Source: Fibrobacterota bacterium | GTDB taxonomy: Bacteria; Fibrobacterota; Fibrobacteria; UBA11236 | Direction: 5' to 3' | DNA length: 41,144 nucleotides | NCBI GenBank assembly: GCA_043753995.1 | Contig: JAYUVP010000355.1 | Span: 1-41,144, forward strand | In this document: positions 33,601 through 41,144 of the stretch, piece by piece | How positions within the stretch are numbered: position 1 is the stretch's first letter | Layout: each line of letters begins with the position of its first letter | Position numbers and translations under genes: made by a program | Notes under the pieces: generated by a model | The model's database searches: none | What the model was told of the DNA's origin: nothing | The model's input: only the letters and a program-made list of their open reading frames with translations

Positions 33601-34266
33601 TCCATCTTTGCTCTCAAAACGAAATTTGGCTAGTCCCTCGGGAATGTCAGTAAATTCGGGTTTGGATACAGCTATGAATGCACCCAACAAGTCAGAATCC
33701 CCGCAAACAAGATCGGCAGATTTTCCATTGATAATCAATTGAGTCTTATTTGTAACAACGAATTCCGGTAGCAATCTTTTATCTACGACCAAGCAAACCT
33801 GCCTTAGTCGCGGCAAAACCAAACATCGGCATTCACTTTGTTTTTGATAATAGTCGCGAACGCTGGCCTCGAATTTTGGCATCTCAAAATCGCTGGATTT
33901 GAGTGCAAATAAACGAGGTTTCTCAGGTTTATCCAAATTCAATGCTTGAATTTGGCGGAGCATTTGCCCCTGCCAATCCGGGCCAAATCGGAAATGAGCC
34001 AAGGGTACCAGTTCACTCGGGACAAGGTGCATTTCTAATTTTTGGCCCAACGAAACATTGGCGGGAAAAGGCTCAAAATCAGATCTCACCGATTTCAGAC
34101 AACCCATTTCGTCGGTAATATAGAGGCTATCACCTATTTTGGAAGGTTTGTAGACGATTCGTCGTGATAAGGGTCTTGCCGACCCTGGCACTACGGTTTT
34201 CCCATTCGCTTGGATTTGGGCAGAAACTAAATGCACTTTTCGTAGATAGGCTTCAGGCATTTTCAA
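30643..34266 (-). CDS. 1207-aa hypothetical protein, candidate membrane-active secreted toxin
   Basis: Long intact ORF, ATGA-coupled to the upstream gene; no signal peptide; central helical region with hydrophobic segments; duplicated C-terminal domain. Confidence 0.6.
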   Translation of the reverse strand: MKMPEAYLRKVHLVSAQIQANGKTVVPGSARPLSRRIVYKPSKIGDSLYITDEMGCLKSVRSDFEPFPANVSLGQKLEMHLVPSELVPLAHFRFGPDWQGQMLRQIQALNLDKPEKPRLFALKSSDFEMPKFEASVRDYYQKQSECRCLVLPRLRQVCLVVDKRLLPEFVVTNKTQLIINGKSADLVCGDSDLLGAFIAVSKPEFTDIPEGLAKFRFESKDGKVIYQGFVTIHFSTQSSAGDFNLHYLHSNSIEETLIRSFAQRYEHLNRTFYEEKDAQAQGKSDAPPLAVKKIIPRIKTTQKVAKLATGFINCDEDELFQHILGKQWDIISAELGKSNPFVQIVNDSWNAYSYFKEFPKKWKELRTKLDIADKVSSNYKVLTQVIDGNFLKKAYRATAMQYFAIDQLAKEAAAGKTSHYTARLASSNLKAYEAEMIMGIGVTKKATEVDKLFNGKGKMATQSLALLNIAMTAEGLVSAWKEVYDVSRHEGLARDRFDEACGNYRNKFGESWNFEAEKTLEAFRQALDGHSLKLDEKQREALAASLEMLLNLSVFVPVVGEIGGMILLVKEGVEVATSAGKSLGGYLDRKYFHSLFADYFARQDRASALWELGMVNARAIWSRQRGKSPEELDKDIELQYRLRLHVLIGLVELIDRCGTRFEDAGSKSGKFEEKVKEYAISEYITHFILNGNKDVPVQLGVSLAQAWMWCRGNKVEKWQHIYTSKGFLKNGFRLHFQKSFPIHVRESQNSEDFARAFCVNYSGARKVGKFSLHIQTMSGGKWQTLSGTVQNPATITAVDSVRCLLEFDGQGDFSGLPVSLQCIRTDTFPDTEGPIYKGYFVSYEAFLRLDENEMNAPLKSAVDSKSSGGAKKFVCDLRPFYFFRNEPRLGFKPFGFIAIAANPCMEMSFVAKIGDTAFEEGDYTMHPPKLNVAVPWKDPLCAEMVLDRKFLENKTSENRYDPLFINFQKPPRILGLWVNAGKGFKVLSQPGGGTEFTASMTSHFSWNAPFTMVILIGAPYVTDMYKGRHPVKVPGKIAVKELSGIDTAGPEYDVDIVEILSNQSKDPGQFKGDFNALMKAVSPRSVLLQPSETLPNISIGSADSMHLYGIRLEAKFQVEDDANEFVSFDGLKPFGGRLLRPGQSGSYRFAFSLNALEPIGLNMNDFLELEVPGFQESDLKSRTFINEKFVTNSLLTKELKMPRKGFR

Positions 34267-35492
34267 TACTCAAGTGGGTGAATTTGGAAATTCCCAAGGT
34301 CATAGTTTATTAATTCCATCACCTTTTCCGAAAGCGGGGCCAGGTCAAGAATATTCAAATTTTCTTGATTTGCGGGGATGTCTTCTATGGCAATTCGCCA
34401 AATACCACCATGGTTTTGTTTAGACTTCACTCCATTCGCTGCATAATAAAGATGATCGCCGTTATTGCTTAGTGCGACGGCGCCAATAACCAAAAATTTC
34501 GGAAGGAAGCGAATCACCTTGAAATGATTGTCAATAAGGGCTTCTTGTTGAGGGGGGAAATTCTTCCACTCGAGATCACCATATCCTGCATTCCATGGCA
34601 CTAATAATCGTGTGAAATCGGCATTCACAGAAATAACTTTTTGGGAAACCTTCGCTACTCCGGTATCTATGTAAAAAAACCGACTATTCCCCATTTCTTG
34701 GTAATAATTAAAGAAGCGTGAGCGTTCCTTATCAAGACTATCGATAACCATGACTAGGGTTTTCGAAAAGCCAATGCGAGTGCTGACAAACTGAGGTTGG
34801 AAATGTTTCTTCCTTTTGCCCGTATTCAAATCTATATAAATAACTTCATTGTAATTTAATGCAATCAAGGAATTGCTGCTTGGATGATATTCATAACCTA
34901 TTACCTCAGATTCGGTATACTTTCTGTCCGCAAATGCTATTCCATTCGCAAAGGGTTTTCGACCTTTTTCCCCTTTCTTTATCACAGCATCCCAGGTCAT
35001 GCCGTAGGATGCCCCTCTTATCAATGCCTCTTCTTTTCCTGTTTCCAAATTCATTCGAATCAGCATGGTTTCGTATGGATCTTCATCGATTGATAAGGCC
35101 GGGTTTTCACCTTTATAAACCACATGCTTTAAATCTCGAAGTATGGCGAGATCCGAAGTGTTAATTCTCTCAGGCAATACCCCCAGCTCTTTAAACCCCG
35201 TGCCATCCGAAAGAAGGGTAGCGGCCACTTTTTCACCTAAGCGCACCTGCCCCACGTCATCAATTGTTCGTCTTTGCAGAATCAAGGCCAGGCGTTCGAG
35301 ATTGTCCTTGGTCGGTGGTTTGCCCGGCAAGGATTCTAAGGCGACGGTCTCTTGGCTTTCCCCTTCGGCATCCCCCTGCTCCTTAGCTTCCTTTTTTTGG
35401 CAGCCTACCATGATTAGGCAGAAAGCGAGAGGCAAAAGGCTGGCAAGGTATCGTGTGGTATTAGCTTGCGGGGACAAATAGGTCCATTTCAT
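34263..35492 (-). CDS. Hypothetical lipoprotein, beta-propeller-like (candidate immunity protein)
   Basis: Lipobox MVGC; TolB-like blades (VALSNNGDHLYY, GGIWRI, IYIDLNTGK); ATGA overlaps at both ends. Confidence 0.6.
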   Translation of the reverse strand: MKWTYLSPQANTTRYLASLLPLAFCLIMVGCQKKEAKEQGDAEGESQETVALESLPGKPPTKDNLERLALILQRRTIDDVGQVRLGEKVAATLLSDGTGFKELGVLPERINTSDLAILRDLKHVVYKGENPALSIDEDPYETMLIRMNLETGKEEALIRGASYGMTWDAVIKKGEKGRKPFANGIAFADRKYTESEVIGYEYHPSSNSLIALNYNEVIYIDLNTGKRKKHFQPQFVSTRIGFSKTLVMVIDSLDKERSRFFNYYQEMGNSRFFYIDTGVAKVSQKVISVNADFTRLLVPWNAGYGDLEWKNFPPQQEALIDNHFKVIRFLPKFLVIGAVALSNNGDHLYYAANGVKSKQNHGGIWRIAIEDIPANQENLNILDLAPLSEKVMELINYDLGNFQIHPLEY

Positions 35493-36685
35493 GAAATTTC
35501 TCCGAAGAGTTCGGTGATTTCTTTCGGGGTAAGATCTTCAAAGAGGACCTCCTTGCCCCCTTCTTCATCGGGCCCGAGATCGCGGATGAGGGAAATTTTC
35601 TGATCACTGGGCAAGTCGCCCAAAACGATGCGAACCCGGTCGGGTTGGCTTTCCTTCATTTCTGAAATTTTGAAGCGCTTGATTTCGCCCTGGGAGGCAT
35701 CCAGCAGAATGACGACATCGTCCTTCGCCTTGGGATGATCGACGTCTATCTCTAACCAGATCGCGAACTCATTAGGTTGAAGCGCCAAGTCGGGCGATTT
35801 AATCTCTAATTGCTTTGGCGCATGTTTGGCGATGAAATTGAGATGATCTTTTTTGACATCGAAAGGCTTACCCTTAAAACTGTCGCCGATGAAAAATTTC
35901 GCACGGGCGACATCGCCGTCAGGTTCTGATTTGATTTTGCCGCTCATCTGCTCAAGTAGAACATCTTGAGCGCCATCACGACCTTTGAGGTAAATCGAAA
36001 AGGTGATCAAATCACCCGGCATCAAATCGACAGCCTGGCATTCGACAAAGACATGATGCACAATAGGGCTTGATTTGATGGTTTGAAATGTCGGGTCTTG
36101 GTCCCGAGGCAAAACCCATTTCGGTGAAGTGAGCTCAGGTTTCTCTTCGACCTGCGCCTTATCTTCTTCCTCCGATGGCGAATCACTATTGCCTTTTTTC
36201 TTGGAGCTCTTGGCACCCTTGATATGCCCCAAATTTTCCTTGGCCAGCGCTTTTAGCCAAGCCTCAATGGGTGTCCCGAAAACGGGGTAGAGGGCGACCA
36301 TTTGGCCCGAGTTTAGGGCCTTGCCTATGACTCGGTACATCTCGGCACGTTCATCACCGGATGGAATACTGTGAAAGCTGTGAGTCGACAAGGCACGTAA
36401 AGCAGACCGGTAAAGCGATTGCAATGGGTCCTGGGGTAGCCTGCGAAGCGCGTCCTGGACCTGTCCGGTATTCCAAGCCAGCAATTTGGCGGGGCAATTC
36501 GTCGGAATGGTATGGGATAGGAGAGGCACCACGACGCGAGCCTGGGTACCACCCATACCAAAACATTCCCGGCAGGGCCTAGAAAGGCAAGAACGACAAG
36601 GTTCAGAGGCGGCTAGGGTCATGGCGCTCGGTTTCCATCCCAATGAAAAGACTTTTTCGCTGGTAGGAAATATAGACGACCCCAT
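35489..36685 (-). CDS. Hypothetical protein with N-terminal CxxC-x4-CxxC and two beta-rich domains (candidate adaptor)
   Basis: PCRSCLSRPCRECF; charged linker; LTSPKW...GDLITFSIY domain; WLEIDVDHPKAKDD...DLGP..GGK..LFE domain. Start is 36685 or 36622. Confidence 0.6.
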   Translation of the reverse strand: MGSSIFPTSEKVFSLGWKPSAMTLAASEPCRSCLSRPCRECFGMGGTQARVVVPLLSHTIPTNCPAKLLAWNTGQVQDALRRLPQDPLQSLYRSALRALSTHSFHSIPSGDERAEMYRVIGKALNSGQMVALYPVFGTPIEAWLKALAKENLGHIKGAKSSKKKGNSDSPSEEEDKAQVEEKPELTSPKWVLPRDQDPTFQTIKSSPIVHHVFVECQAVDLMPGDLITFSIYLKGRDGAQDVLLEQMSGKIKSEPDGDVARAKFFIGDSFKGKPFDVKKDHLNFIAKHAPKQLEIKSPDLALQPNEFAIWLEIDVDHPKAKDDVVILLDASQGEIKRFKISEMKESQPDRVRIVLGDLPSDQKISLIRDLGPDEEGGKEVLFEDLTPKEITELFGEIS

Positions 36686-36696
36686 CCCGCCGGAAT

Positions 36697-36710
36697 GTGA
36701 TCGCGATCAA
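36697..36710 (-). promoter_or_regulatory. FNR/CRP-family-like box TTGAT-CGCG-ATCAC
   Basis: Minus strand matches TTGAT-N4-ATCAA with one mismatch, in the 32-bp gap upstream of the three-gene module. Confidence 0.4.
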
Positions 36711-36717
36711 CAAAAAC

Positions 36718-37491
36718 TCAAGGCCACATCTTTCTCCCAAATAAAATCGAAAACGATTCATTCAGCAATCCAGAAGAACTGAGCTTGCCATTCACACGCC
36801 TTTGAAAGAGGACCAGACCTATGCCACGGGTGAAGGCATAGTCGGTGATCACCTCGCCACGGGTTTCCCTGAAAATCGCCACCGGCACTCGAAAGCGTCC
36901 CGTCTCGGCTTCATGCAAATAACCGCGAGCATTGGCCTCCATGGGAAGCCATAACCCCGTGTCTGCACTGACTACCGTCATCTCCCGGTTACCTAGGCGC
37001 CAGGTTTTACCTATCCAAGGGACCGGAAACTCAGGAAACCACAATTGTTCTTGCTGTCGATCCAGAGAATCGCCGGTGAATGCGCCAGCCAGATAAACAC
37101 CTATCGACTCCACCACTCCGCCCTGACGTCGCGTCAACAAGGTGCCAGTCGAACTGCTATCCTGCGACCAGCCGAAATGCGGGCTTTGCAGCAATAGGAA
37201 TTTTTGCCAAGCGGGATCACGCGTCAAGATCGCCTTACCGGTGGTATCGTATTCGACTAGGCGATAGCCGTTTTGCGTGCGCGCCTCAAAGGGGAAAAGC
37301 TTGTCCGACACGGTGAGGGGATAAGGATCGGTGATATCGGAATACTGGGTTGAATCTTGTTTGCCATCTTCATCCGCGGAAAGGCAGCCATTGAATCCGA
37401 AGGCAAGAAATAGCCCGCAGCAAACCGCCAGGAAAATCGCGAGCCGCCCCGTAGCCAAGGTCCAAATCCTCGCCGCCAGTGTTCGCGTCAT
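36718..37491 (-). CDS. Hypothetical lipoprotein, last gene of the ECF-caspase operon
   Basis: ATG 37491 overlaps the caspase stop (ATGA); lipobox FNGC; C-terminal FTRGIGLV motif. Confidence 0.75.
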   Translation of the reverse strand: MTRTLAARIWTLATGRLAIFLAVCCGLFLAFGFNGCLSADEDGKQDSTQYSDITDPYPLTVSDKLFPFEARTQNGYRLVEYDTTGKAILTRDPAWQKFLLLQSPHFGWSQDSSSTGTLLTRRQGGVVESIGVYLAGAFTGDSLDRQQEQLWFPEFPVPWIGKTWRLGNREMTVVSADTGLWLPMEANARGYLHEAETGRFRVPVAIFRETRGEVITDYAFTRGIGLVLFQRRVNGKLSSSGLLNESFSILFGRKMWP

Positions 37492-39359
37492 CGATGCCCT
37501 CCGCTGAGGGTGATTTGCAAACCGGCGCGCCAAAGCCATGTGATTGATGTCATGATTTCACCTTCATTGCCGCTGGGCGATCCCGCGTCATGAAACCCAC
37601 CCCCCAGACGCAGGCCAAAGCGCAACCATTCCTGCCCATCGGGAATGCGCCAGACATAGCCGGGCGTGGCATAGGCCTCCACGGCATAGCCCCAACCCAA
37701 CCATTCGCGCTGCGATTCGCTGCGGCCATAGGCATCAGAATCGAAGGCGTTTTTCAGGCGCATATCGCTGTGCAAAAGACCCAAGGTGGCATCCGAGGCG
37801 AGGAAGAAACGCCCCAGGCTCAGCACAGGCGGAGCCAGGACCGGGCCGAATTGCATGGAAAGCACGGACAAATGCGAAACCAAACGCACAGACGGCCCTT
37901 GCGCAAGGCCTATCATACCTTCATGGCCTTGCGCAGAATAATCGAGCGAATGATTCTCAAGGCTAAAGTGAAAACCGCCTTTCCAATCGCCCCAAGCGGA
38001 CTTCAGGGTTTGAATTCCGAATACTTGTCCCGAAGCAGCCTCCTCAAAACCGCCCTGCAAGGCATAGCGATCGAGGGTTTCATAACCAGGCGTAAAGGGA
38101 CTGCGATGAAAGCCCAGCTCTGGAGTGCTAATCGCCGCCCAGGTGATCCATTCCCAGCTAGAGCGCAGGGGATTCACCAGGGAAAAATGGCCCCCCTGTT
38201 GGCCTTCAATTTCATCGCCGGCATAGGTCACGGGCGCGTTACCCTTGCCCAGGGCGAAGCCCCGTGCGCGACGGGTGAATTGCTCTTCGCGCAAGGGAGT
38301 GAAGGCGGTGCCGCCGACTTCGGCTTGGGCCGACACCACCGGCCCGCTGGCTGAGGAGTGATCAATGCGATAAGATCCAGGCTCCAAGGCGAGGGAAAAA
38401 TCGCCGGCCTCGGGGATGCGCATTTCCCCCACGGGGATGCCGCGCTTGAGATCGAGCAGGGCATAATTGCCCACGGGGCAATCGCGGAAAAGCAAGCCGC
38501 CTTGATCGGTGCCTGGACGAGTGAGCTGCAAATCCTTGGCACCGGTGAGGTCTATGCTGAAGCTAGGGTGCTGCGGCAAATTCAAGGTCTCGCGCGAGAA
38601 GGCCACGGTGCGATCGTAGGCATAATTGTAGGCCTCGAATAAAGTCACTTGTCCGTCACGATTGCGATCGCCCGCGCCGCGCAAGGCCATTTCCCAATTG
38701 CTGGTGAAAATCGATCCGCCCAATGTTTTCACTTCATAAGCCTGCTCTTCGACGGCGGAAGAACTGATGGTGACTTCACCCTTGGTGGCCTTGTCGATTT
38801 CGATGGCCACGCGCACGGGCTGAGTCGTGCTAAAGCCTTTCGAAGCGAAAAAGGAGGCGCCCTGACAAACATCGAGCACATAAATGCGGGCTTCGGGCTT
38901 GCCCTTTTCCAGCAAGGCCTTCACCTCGCCGAAACCGACGGTCTCTCCGCCCACATGAAAATTGCGTCCGCCGCCGTGACCTGTGTAATAGAATTGCAGC
39001 AAAACCTTGCGTCCCTTGCCATGCAATTCGGCGATGGTATTCCCGATGGCTTCGAGTTTGCCATGCATTTCGGCGGCCGATTCGGTGCGTATCAAATGAA
39101 CATGATCGGGTTGCATTTGACCGAGGCCGCGCAATAATTTTTCCAAGCGCAAGCCGTCATTGTAAGCGTATTGCAAGGGTTTATCGCCCGCAAGCCCTTG
39201 CGACGATGCCACCACCACACCGAAGCGCACCCAGTCTGCCGACTTGGCCGCTTCCAATTCCACTGGCTTATTGGCGGCAAAAACGGCAGGCGCGCCCATC
39301 GCCAAACAGGCGAGGGCGCGCAGCAAAAGCCAAGGTGAAAAAGCGGTCGACGCATTCAT
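37488..39359 (-). CDS. Exported caspase-family (peptidase C14-like) protein with PEGA-like domain and probable C-terminal beta-barrel
   Basis: Signal peptide (AVFA-A); L.YA..D; FYYTGHG (His) and VLDVCQG (Cys) dyad; SS...E.AYE...LGGSIFT.....ALRGAGD.N.DG.VTL.EAY.YAY.RT...QHP; LEPGSYRI; C-terminal amphipathic strands. Confidence 0.9.
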   Translation of the reverse strand: MNASTAFSPWLLLRALACLAMGAPAVFAANKPVELEAAKSADWVRFGVVVASSQGLAGDKPLQYAYNDGLRLEKLLRGLGQMQPDHVHLIRTESAAEMHGKLEAIGNTIAELHGKGRKVLLQFYYTGHGGGRNFHVGGETVGFGEVKALLEKGKPEARIYVLDVCQGASFFASKGFSTTQPVRVAIEIDKATKGEVTISSSAVEEQAYEVKTLGGSIFTSNWEMALRGAGDRNRDGQVTLFEAYNYAYDRTVAFSRETLNLPQHPSFSIDLTGAKDLQLTRPGTDQGGLLFRDCPVGNYALLDLKRGIPVGEMRIPEAGDFSLALEPGSYRIDHSSASGPVVSAQAEVGGTAFTPLREEQFTRRARGFALGKGNAPVTYAGDEIEGQQGGHFSLVNPLRSSWEWITWAAISTPELGFHRSPFTPGYETLDRYALQGGFEEAASGQVFGIQTLKSAWGDWKGGFHFSLENHSLDYSAQGHEGMIGLAQGPSVRLVSHLSVLSMQFGPVLAPPVLSLGRFFLASDATLGLLHSDMRLKNAFDSDAYGRSESQREWLGWGYAVEAYATPGYVWRIPDGQEWLRFGLRLGGGFHDAGSPSGNEGEIMTSITWLWRAGLQITLSGGHR

Positions 39360-40183
39360 TCGTTTTTCTCGCGCACCAGGAAGACCTGCACCTTCGCCTC
39401 CTTTTCCTGCCGGTTACGCGCCAATGCAACGGCGCTCAAGACAGCCGGATCGGATCGCCGTAATACCTGGGCGACCGAATCGAGGGGAAAGGACGTCGTT
39501 TTCGTCACGCAAATCAAATGATTATCGCCTCCACTGGAAAGCACCAAGCCCGGGGGCGGTTTGCCGCCGCTGACTTGCAATGCCGCATTTCCCTGTCCCG
39601 GTGCGGGAAAGATGCGGACCAGGCCCTGCTCCGCATCATAACCGAAAACCGCCAAAAACGGTTGGCTTTTCCCTAGCGGCAAAAGCTGCAAAGTGTCCCG
39701 ACGCGTCACCCACACTTCACGGCCGATTTCGGCGCGGAGGGAATCGCCTTTCACGAAAAGGCGCATGCCATCCGACTCACCCTTGGCGGTATATTCCACC
39801 GGGGCCTTGCCGGTTGCCCGACCTAATTCGCTCTGCCAGAGAGGCCAGAGCACGGCAGCCAGGGCCAACGACGCCAGGGCTAAGCCCATGCCGCGGCCGG
39901 GGGAAAGCCGGGTGGCCAACTTTTCAAGCCAGGTTCCCCCAGGAGTAACATGCACGTGACGTGGGTTCGCTGCCGACGCCAGACCATGAAAGGGACCGAA
40001 TAGTTTTTCGGCGAGACGGCCTTGTTCGTGGCCGCGGTATTCGGAAATGGACTCGCGCAGGACAGCAAGATCACGGCGTTTTTCCCGGCTGAAAAGCAAG
40101 GCCACGCCCATGAGCAGGCGCGAGCGCCAGGGGAGAGCATCGGCTAAATAAAGATGCCAGTCGACCTCGGTTAAGCGTTTCAT
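39356..40183 (-). CDS. Membrane-anchored anti-sigma factor with periplasmic DUF4384-like domain
   Basis: N-terminal W.LYL.D.L degenerate anti-sigma domain; TM MGLALASLALAAVLW; YTAKG, then D.LQL...FLAVFGYD..G.VRIFP. ATGA-coupled to the sigma and caspase genes. Confidence 0.75.
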   Translation of the reverse strand: MKRLTEVDWHLYLADALPWRSRLLMGVALLFSREKRRDLAVLRESISEYRGHEQGRLAEKLFGPFHGLASAANPRHVHVTPGGTWLEKLATRLSPGRGMGLALASLALAAVLWPLWQSELGRATGKAPVEYTAKGESDGMRLFVKGDSLRAEIGREVWVTRRDTLQLLPLGKSQPFLAVFGYDAEQGLVRIFPAPGQGNAALQVSGGKPPPGLVLSSGGDNHLICVTKTTSFPLDSVAQVLRRSDPAVLSAVALARNRQEKEAKVQVFLVREKNE

Positions 40184-40686
40184 TCGCTGTCCCCCTCTTC
40201 TGCGGTCGACAATTGCCGGCGCAAGGTGCTTTTGGCTTTCTCCGCGCGTTTGCGCGCGCCTTGCACCGATAAGCCCAATTTTTGGGCGACTTCAATCCAT
40301 CCCATGCGCATCAAGTATTTCAAGGTCAAAACCTCGCGATGGCAAGGCTCAAGGTCGGCGAGCGCCTCCTCCATGGCATCGACTTTCGCGAAGGGATTGT
40401 CCGGCTTCTCATCGACGCGCGTGTCTTCCATTTCTTCGGGGCTGAAATGCTTGCGGCGGCGATACACATCGATGGCCTGATTGCGCGCCACGCGGGCGAG
40501 CAAAGGTCCCATGTTCTCGGGAGGCAAGGCCCCTTCCTCGGCTAGGATGCGGGGTAACTTATGGGTGAACACATCCTGAACCACGTCTTCAGCATCCTCT
40601 CGGGATTTGAGCACGCGCAAAGCCACAGCAAACACCATGGGGGAGTATCTCAGGAACTCCGCTTTCAGGGTCGCCTCCGCATTCAC
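40180..40686 (-). CDS. ECF sigma-70 factor
   Basis: VFAVALRVL.SREDAEDVVQDVF (region 2), ARNQAID.YRR, L..L....REVL.LKY......EVAQKLG (region 4). Confidence 0.92.
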   Translation of the reverse strand: MNAEATLKAEFLRYSPMVFAVALRVLKSREDAEDVVQDVFTHKLPRILAEEGALPPENMGPLLARVARNQAIDVYRRRKHFSPEEMEDTRVDEKPDNPFAKVDAMEEALADLEPCHREVLTLKYLMRMGWIEVAQKLGLSVQGARKRAEKAKSTLRRQLSTAEEGDSE

Positions 40687-40834
40687 GTCGCTCTTTCGCC
40701 GCCCCGGACCGATTTGTCCGGGCTTCGGCCTTCCTTTCTCAAGACGGGTGGGGGGTATAAAGTGCTACTTCGGAGGCAGAAAAGGAAAAATAAATGCGAA
40801 TTTTGGGGGATTTGCGCCGGGTAAAGAAAAACAA

Positions 40835-41143
40835 TTAGTCGGTCATCAGGCCAGCCAGCTCATCAATTTGCCAGCGCAGCCCTTCTTCGGGGTTTTGGGT
40901 TTTTGCCGAATCTGCGAATTTCTTGGCCTCGGCTTTATTGCCCGCGGAAATGGCCACATGCGATGCCGCCAAATAAATAGCGGCCTTGGCATCACCGGTA
41001 TAACCTTTGGCGGGGTCGTCGATTCCGGCCAACAAAGGCTTGATTCGCTCTTGCGCCTTAGGTAGGGCTCCGAATTTCTTGATCTTGGCGCCAGTGATGA
41101 TGCTGGTGATCAAGACATCGAAATTATTCCCATCCATGGCCAC
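40835..41143 (-). CDS. Hypothetical helical/TPR-like protein, 5' partial (runs off window)
   Basis: Open frame from the window edge to the stop at 40835; AIYLAASHVA..AG.KAEAKKFA.SA helical pattern. Confidence 0.55.
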   Translation of the reverse strand: MAMDGNNFDVLITSIITGAKIKKFGALPKAQERIKPLLAGIDDPAKGYTGDAKAAIYLAASHVAISAGNKAEAKKFADSAKTQNPEEGLRWQIDELAGLMTD

Positions 41144-41144
41144 G

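Noticed and set aside
36718..37491. Gene next to the caspase as a bacterial gasdermin
   Set aside because: The size is similar, but it has a long Sec/lipoprotein signal and the caspase is exported. Bacterial gasdermins are cytoplasmic with a Cys in the first few residues. A fold search would settle it.

Overview
Bacterial chromosomal window, probably Fibrobacterota (inferred from a fibro-slime domain remnant, a Fibrobacter-type outer-membrane protein and short C-terminal D-x-L-G-R tails). (1) 1-6.9 kb is a decaying mosaic: intact secreted or lipoprotein genes are interleaved with pieces of an IS91-family rolling-circle transposase, two copies of a broken AbiEii-type toxin/partner pair, a fibro-slime fragment and an orphan zinc-finger anti-sigma. 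Nested direct (107 bp) and inverted (36 bp) repeats frame it. (2) 6.9-22.7 kb holds a DUF4157 (eCIS-associated) protein with a second HExxH motif, assorted accessory genes, an FN3-like repeat lipoprotein, a RIO1 kinase with a ~250-aa low-complexity tail, a glycosyltransferase and a TPR/LolB-like lipoprotein pair. (3) 23-29.3 kb is a lower-GC operon: TonB-dependent receptor, YfiR-coiled-coil histidine kinase, response regulator, hybrid kinase. (4) PASTA protein and rppH. (5) 30.6-40.7 kb has seven co-oriented minus-strand genes: ECF sigma, membrane anti-sigma, exported caspase-family protease and lipoprotein, then a lower-GC three-gene module resembling adaptor, lipoprotein immunity and a 1207-aa membrane-active toxin. 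The best candidates for undescribed systems are the caspase/anti-sigma/ECF switch (with shared x-K-G candidate cleavage sites), the toxin-like trio and the trans-envelope TBDR-YfiR-stalk kinase. No rRNA, tRNA or CRISPR array was seen. Family calls are from motif recognition by eye, not from database searches; GC statements are visual estimates.
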